Assembly: GCA_041652055.1 (NCBI GenBank)
Contig: JBAZIE010000001.1
Coordinates: 133,380-197,379, forward strand
From: Sulfurimonas sp.
GTDB taxonomy: Bacteria > Campylobacterota > Campylobacteria > Campylobacterales > Sulfurimonadaceae
Length of the DNA stretch: 64,000 nucleotides
Direction: 5' to 3'
The translations under genes were made by a program, and so were the position numbers. This document shows positions 58,150 to 64,000 of the stretch, piece after piece; positions within the stretch are counted from its first letter, which is position 1; every line of letters starts with the position of its first letter. The notes beneath the pieces were generated by a model. It saw only the letters and a list, made by a program, of their open reading frames with translations, was not told the origin of the DNA and did not search any database.

Positions 58150-59421
58150 GTGCAAAAAGATAAAAGAACTCTCTACTCATGGGCGCTTTATGACTGGGCA
58201 AATTCTGCATATGCGACTACGGTGATGGCGGGATTTTTTCCAATATTTTTCAAGTCCTATTACAGTGCAGACGTTGAAGCAACACTAAGCACGGCGTATC
58301 TTGGTTTTGCAAACTCAATTTCTAGTTTTATCGTAGTTCTTATCGCTCCTCTTCTTGGCGCAATGGCAGATAGCGGCTCGCTTAAAAAGAGGTTTCTTTT
58401 TCTCTTTGCCTATCTTGGTATTTTGATGAGTGCGGCATTAGCTCTTGTTTCTCAAGGTGAGTGGCAGCTGGCGGCGTTTATATATATCCTTGGAAATATC
58501 GGCTTTATGGGTGCCGATGTATTTTACGACGCTCTGTTGCCCTCGATATCTGATAGAAAAAATGTAGATTATGTCTCAGGGCTTGGTTTTGCGCTTGGGT
58601 ATCTCGGCGGCGGAATACTCTTTGCGCTTAATGTTGCAATGGTGCAAAACTTCTCACTTTTAGGGCTGGAAAATGAAGCAGAGGCAATCAAAGTCTCATT
58701 TATATTTGTGGCTCTCTGGTGGGCGCTCTTTTCGCTTCCGCTGTTTCTCTTTGTTGAGGAGAAAAAAGGGGAGTCAAAAAGTGCTCTTGCCCTCATAAAA
58801 GATGGCTTTATCAGGCTAAAAAATACCTTTGGAAAGATAAGAGAGATTAAAGGAATTTTTCTGTTTTTACTGGCTTACTGGCTCTACATCGACGGCGTTG
58901 ATACGATTATTCGCATGGCGGTTGATTACGGCATGGCAATTGGATTTGACTCTAAAAACCTGATTTTTGCCCTTTTAATCGTTCAGTTTGTTGGTTTTCC
59001 TGCAACCATACTTTTTGCAAAAATCGCCCAGCTTTGGGATACGAAAAAGGCTATATTTTTGGCAATCGGCATCTATCTCTTTATAACGCTTTGGGCTACG
59101 ATGATGCAAGAGGTGTATGAGTTTTATATACTTGCCGTTATGATTGCGCTTGTTCAAGGCGGTATTCAGGCGCTTAGCCGCTCGTACTACTCAAAGATGA
59201 TTCCAAAAGAGCACGCTGGGGAATTTTTCGGTTTTTACAACTTTTTGGGCAAATTTGCGGCTATATTAGGACCGCTCTTAGTGGCTCTTGTTGCGCTTTT
59301 TACGCAAAGCTCACGCGCCTCCATCGGCTCTGTTGCCATATTGTTTATACTCGGCGCAATTTTGCTATATTTTGTGGATGAGAAGAAGACTGCTGATGAA
59401 GCAAAAAATGCACTAAAGTGA
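58150..59421 (+). CDS. MFS transporter (UMF1/ATG22-like)
   Basis: WALYDWANSAY, PLLGAMAD, FYDALL, GYLGG, QALSRS, GKFAAILGP; GTG start after GGAG. Confidence 0.88.
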   Translation: MQKDKRTLYSWALYDWANSAYATTVMAGFFPIFFKSYYSADVEATLSTAYLGFANSISSFIVVLIAPLLGAMADSGSLKKRFLFLFAYLGILMSAALALVSQGEWQLAAFIYILGNIGFMGADVFYDALLPSISDRKNVDYVSGLGFALGYLGGGILFALNVAMVQNFSLLGLENEAEAIKVSFIFVALWWALFSLPLFLFVEEKKGESKSALALIKDGFIRLKNTFGKIREIKGIFLFLLAYWLYIDGVDTIIRMAVDYGMAIGFDSKNLIFALLIVQFVGFPATILFAKIAQLWDTKKAIFLAIGIYLFITLWATMMQEVYEFYILAVMIALVQGGIQALSRSYYSKMIPKEHAGEFFGFYNFLGKFAAILGPLLVALVALFTQSSRASIGSVAILFILGAILLYFVDEKKTADEAKNALK

Positions 59422-60654
59422 AATAGGATTTCTCTTTAACTCGCTCTCAATCGCGTCTCTTGTAATTTTAGCGAGTTCTGTACTATCAAAACCATCCGCA
59501 AATATTGGCTTTAGAAAAGTAACTCTTATTTTTTTTGGTCTTGGAACTATTTTGCCGGTCTGCAATGCCTCGTAACTGCCATCAATAACAACGGGGAGAA
59601 TGGGGATATTGAAAGTCTTGGAGAGCATCGCAAAAAACGGTCTGAACTCCAGAAGTTTTCTGTCCCTTGTTCTTGCACCCTCTGGAAAAATAACAAGGTT
59701 ATTTCCCTCTCTTAGCGGCAGCGCGCAATACTGCATGGTATGTTTCAAATCCACATTTGCGTCGATGAGTATCGTCTGTCCATGTTTTGAAATCGGCTCC
59801 AAAAGCGTTGTGCCAAAAACCTGTTTATATGCCAAAAAGAAGCTCTTTTTTAAAACTTTATAGGGCAGTATCGACTCTATCAAAAAGCCGTCAAGCATAC
59901 TTTGATGCGAGGGCGCGATTATGCATGGATACGAAGGAATATTCTCTACTCCAACTACTTCAAGGCGGAAATAGAGCTTAAAAAGCGGAAAAAGAACGGT
60001 TTTATAGGCAAACATTATGATTGGTGAATAGACCAGCTTTTCATCTATTTTCTCATCCAATATCTTCTCCCAATCTGGCTTTACAAAATCTACATGTAGA
60101 GAATTTTCTAAAATGTACATGTAGAGTGATTTGACGTTCATTAGCCCTGAAAACAGGGTTTCATCTATTTTTATTCCAAAGCTCTGCTCCATAAAAACAA
60201 AAAGCTCTACATAGTTTAGAGAATCGAGCCCAAGGTCAAGCTCTAGGTGTGAAGATGGCATGATTTTATTTTTTGTTATAGTCGAGAGATAGCTCTTTAA
60301 AGTTGTGTAAATCTCATCTTTTGGCTCATCTTCATCGCTAATTTCAGGCACATTTTTAGAATTTACAAGCTCATTTATTGCAGCAAAATCAACCTCACCC
60401 AATTCAGTTTTTGGAAGCGGCGCCCTTAAAATCTTGTACCCTTTTATCTTTTTTGCCTCATCTGCTTCCATGTTGTAAAGCTCAATAGCGTACCATCGCA
60501 GCTCCTCTTGGATGTTGATGATTTTTGCTTTTTTTAGAGCCTCAAAATCGGGATAAATTAAAGCATATGGATAATGGTTATGCTCTATAATCGCAATATC
60601 TTTTATATAGCGTGTAAACGATAAAACTCTATTTTTTATTTTTTCTAAATCCAT
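59413..60654 (-). CDS. Fusion of an acyl-CoA synthetase C-terminal remnant, an acyl carrier domain and a PlsC acyltransferase
   Basis: ALIYPD and LPKT.LG (AMP-binding C-terminus), LELDLGLDSL (phosphopantetheine site), SHQSMLD, FPEGART. Confidence 0.82.
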   Translation of the reverse strand: MDLEKIKNRVLSFTRYIKDIAIIEHNHYPYALIYPDFEALKKAKIINIQEELRWYAIELYNMEADEAKKIKGYKILRAPLPKTELGEVDFAAINELVNSKNVPEISDEDEPKDEIYTTLKSYLSTITKNKIMPSSHLELDLGLDSLNYVELFVFMEQSFGIKIDETLFSGLMNVKSLYMYILENSLHVDFVKPDWEKILDEKIDEKLVYSPIIMFAYKTVLFPLFKLYFRLEVVGVENIPSYPCIIAPSHQSMLDGFLIESILPYKVLKKSFFLAYKQVFGTTLLEPISKHGQTILIDANVDLKHTMQYCALPLREGNNLVIFPEGARTRDRKLLEFRPFFAMLSKTFNIPILPVVIDGSYEALQTGKIVPRPKKIRVTFLKPIFADGFDSTELAKITRDAIESELKRNPISL

Positions 60655-60766
60655 TTTACAGATACGCTCCAATATTAGCCCAATAATACCTAAGAGATAA
60701 ATAGATTGTCAAGCCTAGATTAAGAGCCAAGAGGCTAAAATACGAGAAAAATCACGAAGGATATAT

Positions 60767-61318
60767 TTGCTAAATCTTCCTAATGCCTTAGCATCAATTC
60801 GAATAATTTTAGCTCCGCTGATGTTTTGGATTATCTTAAATCCTGACTATTTTACAGACAACGGCTATCACATAAGCTGGAACTACTACACGGCCTCGCT
60901 TCTCTTTGTTTTGGCAAGCGTGACCGACTTTTTTGACGGCTACATCGCAAGAGAGTGGAATCAGATGACAATGCTTGGCGCAATCATCGACCCGCTTGCA
61001 GACAAGATGCTTATAATCGCTGCATTTTTGGGGCTTATGATGATTGGCGAAGCAAGTGCGTGGGCTATATATATCATCATTATCCGCGAGCTCTTTATCA
61101 CAGGAATCCGTACCGTTGCACTGAGTGAGGGGCTTGATATCAAGGCTTCATGGGCAGGCAAAGTAAAGACGGTTGTTCAGATGATTGCCATAGGCTTTTT
61201 GCTTATGCACTGGCCGCTTGGCACTGAGCTTTTATGGCTTGCGGTCGCGCTAACACTCTACTCAGGTTTTGAGTATCTCTGGGGATTTAGAGCAGCACTT
61301 TTAAAAGGTAAAAATTAA
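60767..61318 (+). CDS. pgsA: CDP-diacylglycerol--glycerol-3-phosphate 3-phosphatidyltransferase
   Basis: NLPNAL, TDFFDGYIAR, G..IDPLADK, RELFITGIR, GKVKT. Confidence 0.95.
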   Translation: MLNLPNALASIRIILAPLMFWIILNPDYFTDNGYHISWNYYTASLLFVLASVTDFFDGYIAREWNQMTMLGAIIDPLADKMLIIAAFLGLMMIGEASAWAIYIIIIRELFITGIRTVALSEGLDIKASWAGKVKTVVQMIAIGFLLMHWPLGTELLWLAVALTLYSGFEYLWGFRAALLKGKN

Positions 61319-62367
61319 TGAGTTTTTTAGTATCACTGATTGTTATATCGGCACTTATATTTTTTCACGAGCTTGGACACTACTTTGCGGCACGTGCCAT
61401 GGGCGTATATGTAGAAGTTTTCAGCATAGGTTTTGGACGAAAAGTAGCCTCTTTTAAGAGATGGGGAACCGAGTGGAAATTGGCAATTATCCCTCTTGGC
61501 GGATATGTAAAGATGAAGGGTCAAGATGACTCTGATCCTACAAAAAAGAGCTACAGCGATAGCTACAATGTAAAAACACCTTTGCAAAAGATTTTTATCC
61601 TCCTTGCGGGACCATTAGCAAACTTTGTTTTGGCGTTTGTTCTCTACTTTGTCATAGCTCTTGGCGGACCAAATATTCTCTCACCGGTAATAGGAAGCGT
61701 TGTTAAAGACTCTCCGGCGTTTGTTGCAGGACTGGAAGCAAATGACACTATCCGCTCAATTAACGGCAGCCCTATTACTACTTGGAACGAAATGGCAGAG
61801 GTTATTGAAACGTCTGAGGGCTCGCTAAATATTGAAGTTGAGAGAGCAGGATATATACACTTTATAACCGTAACGCCAAAATTTGCCCAAAGCATAAATA
61901 TGTTTAACGAGCAGATAGAGAGAAAAATAATCGGGATAGGAAGTGCGGGAGTTTCACACAAACTTGATTTAAGCGTCGGCGAAACTCTCTCATATGCAAC
62001 CGAGCAGACTGTTTTTGCCTCAACTCTGATATTTACGGGACTTAAAAAACTCATAGTGGGAGAAGTTCCAGCAAATGAACTCGGCGGAATAATCTCCATA
62101 GTAAAACTTACATCGGATGCGACAGATGCCGGCTGGATGAGCGTTTTGTTTTTTGCGGCACTCATCTCTGTCAACCTCGGTGTTTTAAACCTTCTCCCTA
62201 TCCCTGCACTTGATGGTGGACACATAATGTTTAACCTCTATGAGCTGATATTTAGAAGAGAAGTAAACGAAGAGATTATGGTAAAATTGACCATTGCAGG
62301 CTGGGTGATACTCTTTTCGCTGATGGGGCTTGGACTTTATAACGATATTAACAGACTTGTGGGGTAG
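61318..62367 (+). CDS. rseP: RIP metalloprotease RseP
   Basis: HELGH, PLGGYVKM, AGPLAN, PDZ domain, NLLPIPALDGG. Confidence 0.95.
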   Translation: MSFLVSLIVISALIFFHELGHYFAARAMGVYVEVFSIGFGRKVASFKRWGTEWKLAIIPLGGYVKMKGQDDSDPTKKSYSDSYNVKTPLQKIFILLAGPLANFVLAFVLYFVIALGGPNILSPVIGSVVKDSPAFVAGLEANDTIRSINGSPITTWNEMAEVIETSEGSLNIEVERAGYIHFITVTPKFAQSINMFNEQIERKIIGIGSAGVSHKLDLSVGETLSYATEQTVFASTLIFTGLKKLIVGEVPANELGGIISIVKLTSDATDAGWMSVLFFAALISVNLGVLNLLPIPALDGGHIMFNLYELIFRREVNEEIMVKLTIAGWVILFSLMGLGLYNDINRLVG

Positions 62368-62370
62368 AGA

Positions 62371-63057
62371 ATGAAAACAAAAATGAATGATGAAGAGTAC
62401 AAAATCTATATTGACAACATAATAAGAAGAGTCGAGTTTGCAAGAGTAAGATTTGATGAAAAACATATAGTTAAAATCGTAGCAATAAGCAAATACTCAA
62501 CCGCAGATGAGATAGCTAAACTCTACCGCATAGGACAACGTGCTTTTGGCGAAAACAAGGTTCAGGACTTACGCGCAAAAAGCAGCGAGCTTGAAGATTT
62601 GCCGCTTGAGTGGCACTTTGTGGGGAACCTGCAAAAAAACAAGATAAACAACCTGCTAGATATAAACCCCGCTCTCTTTCATGCGCTGGATTCGCTAGAA
62701 CTTGCACATGAGCTGCAAAAAAAGTTAGAAGCAAGATATATGACACTTGATGCCCTGCTTCAGATAAACTCTGCAAAAGAGGAGTCCAAACACGGTGTAA
62801 TGCCTGAAGATGCAGTTGCAATTTACAACCAGATAAAAAAAGAGTGTCCGAATATCCATCTAAGAGGCGTTATGAGCATTGGCGCACATACCGAAGATAA
62901 AGCGGTAATAAAAAAGAGTTTTGAGACAACCTATAGCATCTATAAGCAGTTAGATGGTGCGACAATCTGTTCTATGGGAATGAGCGGGGATTTTGATCTG
63001 GCTATCGAGTGCGGGTCAAATATGGTAAGGCTTGGCTCTCTTATGTTTAATAAGTAA
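62371..63057 (+). CDS. yggS: PLP homeostasis protein (YggS family)
   Basis: VAISK, FGENKVQ, WHFVGNLQKNK, SMGMSGDF, MVRLGS. Confidence 0.94.
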   Translation: MKTKMNDEEYKIYIDNIIRRVEFARVRFDEKHIVKIVAISKYSTADEIAKLYRIGQRAFGENKVQDLRAKSSELEDLPLEWHFVGNLQKNKINNLLDINPALFHALDSLELAHELQKKLEARYMTLDALLQINSAKEESKHGVMPEDAVAIYNQIKKECPNIHLRGVMSIGAHTEDKAVIKKSFETTYSIYKQLDGATICSMGMSGDFDLAIECGSNMVRLGSLMFNK

Positions 63058-63080
63058 CCCTCCTTTTTAAAGGAGAGTTA
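63055..63080. terminator. Hairpin between convergent yggS and carbonic anhydrase genes
   Basis: TAACCCTCCTTT-TT-AAAGGAGAGTTA imperfect inverted repeat. Confidence 0.55.
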
Positions 63081-63086
63081 TCGCTT

Positions 63087-63845
63087 CTACTCCATTACTT
63101 TTCTAGCATTTATAGGCTGAATCGGTCTGTTGTTTTCATGGTGAAATATATCTAAAAACTCTTTTGTCTGCTCTTTAGAGATAGTTGAGTAGTTTTTAAG
63201 AACAAGCCATCTAACGCCTTCGCTACACGGCGGAGTTGTAAGAGAACCGTTAAATCTGTAGTAATCTTTATCTTTTGGCAAAAGCGCATTTACTTCTGCT
63301 GCAGGAATACTCAAAGCCTCTTTTTCTCCCGCTTTTTTAGGCATTTTAGCCCATACTTTTGCTAAAAACTCATTTTTTGCGCCATCTTCAAACATTAGTC
63401 CGATAACTGCCAATGAGCCGTCTTTTGCAGCGTGAACAAAGTGTCCTTCAAGTGGGAACTCTTTACCGTCAATCTGATTTTCGCTTGGCGTGTGGAAGTG
63501 AAGCTGAACTAGAGGAAATTTAATCCCATCAACCGTAATTGTGCTTCCCTCGTCAAAATTTACCTGAATCGTATGGCCATTGTTTATAACAGAAGATATG
63601 CCCGTATTGTAATCAAAAGCAATCTTTTCCATCTCCTCCACGTCAACCGTCACATTTGAAGTGATGTTGATAGGAGACTGGCTTTTTCCGCTTTTACACA
63701 AACTGTAATCAGCCGACAAATCACCCCAATTTGCAGGCCCCTCATGTCCCGTATAACCCCAGTGAGTTTTACCCCCTGCACCTAAAAGAGCCGTACTTAA
63801 TAGCGCTACTACCACACTGCTTGTTAAAATTCTGCCTAATCTCAT
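63087..63845 (-). CDS. cah: Periplasmic alpha-carbonic anhydrase
   Basis: Signal peptide; HWGY, QSPINI, NNGHT, QLHFHTPSE, EGHFVH, GSLTTPPCSEGV. Confidence 0.95.
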   Translation of the reverse strand: MRLGRILTSSVVVALLSTALLGAGGKTHWGYTGHEGPANWGDLSADYSLCKSGKSQSPINITSNVTVDVEEMEKIAFDYNTGISSVINNGHTIQVNFDEGSTITVDGIKFPLVQLHFHTPSENQIDGKEFPLEGHFVHAAKDGSLAVIGLMFEDGAKNEFLAKVWAKMPKKAGEKEALSIPAAEVNALLPKDKDYYRFNGSLTTPPCSEGVRWLVLKNYSTISKEQTKEFLDIFHHENNRPIQPINARKVME

Positions 63846-64000
63846 TTGCAAACCTTTATAAGAAATTTTTATCTGACAATCGTATCACATAAAATTAAAT
63901 TTAAACAAATTACTTATTATTATTATTTATGTTTATCTTATGTGCTACCTGTAGTTACACAAATAAATAATAAAAATTTGACTAAAATATCGCATGAAAA

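Noticed and set aside
61644-62225. Long antisense ORFs (193 aa here; also 13843-14313, 57089-57568, 40374-40757 and others)
   Set aside because: They lie wholly opposite well-supported genes and show no recognisable motifs

Overview
This is a 64-kb chromosomal window from an AT-rich Campylobacterota bacterium, most likely Sulfurimonas-like. The taxon is inferred from gene content and from synteny such as accD-rlmH-dksA-dusB, cheX-fliN-fliO and rpoN-lptB-tsaE. Most of it is housekeeping: rpoN, lptB, tsaE, trpD, ppaC, cls, selD/selU, uvrA, dusB, dksA, rlmH, thiE, accD, gltBD, recO, carboxy(nor)spermidine genes, ribBX, three tRNAs, pgsA, rseP, yggS and a carbonic anhydrase. The standout accessory locus (48.0-53.0 kb) starts with Fur boxes, followed by a porin, a flavinylation-motif FMN-binding protein and two paralogous His-containing membrane proteins, converging on ribBX-apbE. 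It is a candidate undescribed flavin-based iron-reduction/uptake or electron-transfer system. Other notable items: (1) a signal-peptide Tpx plus DsbD (probable ATT start) upstream of an SHP/DHC/cytochrome b/two-component cluster; (2) an islet with a poly-G tract, tandem Cys-rich Sel1 paralogs, an OMP and RelBE; (3) a heme-c sensor GGDEF/EAL gene with a sigma54 motif; (4) a family of palindromic intergenic repeats; (5) a decaying DUF2156-GNAT-mgtE-deacetylase operon. No CRISPR array, rRNA, integrase or transposase was seen. Family assignments come from motif recognition by eye; no database searches were run.
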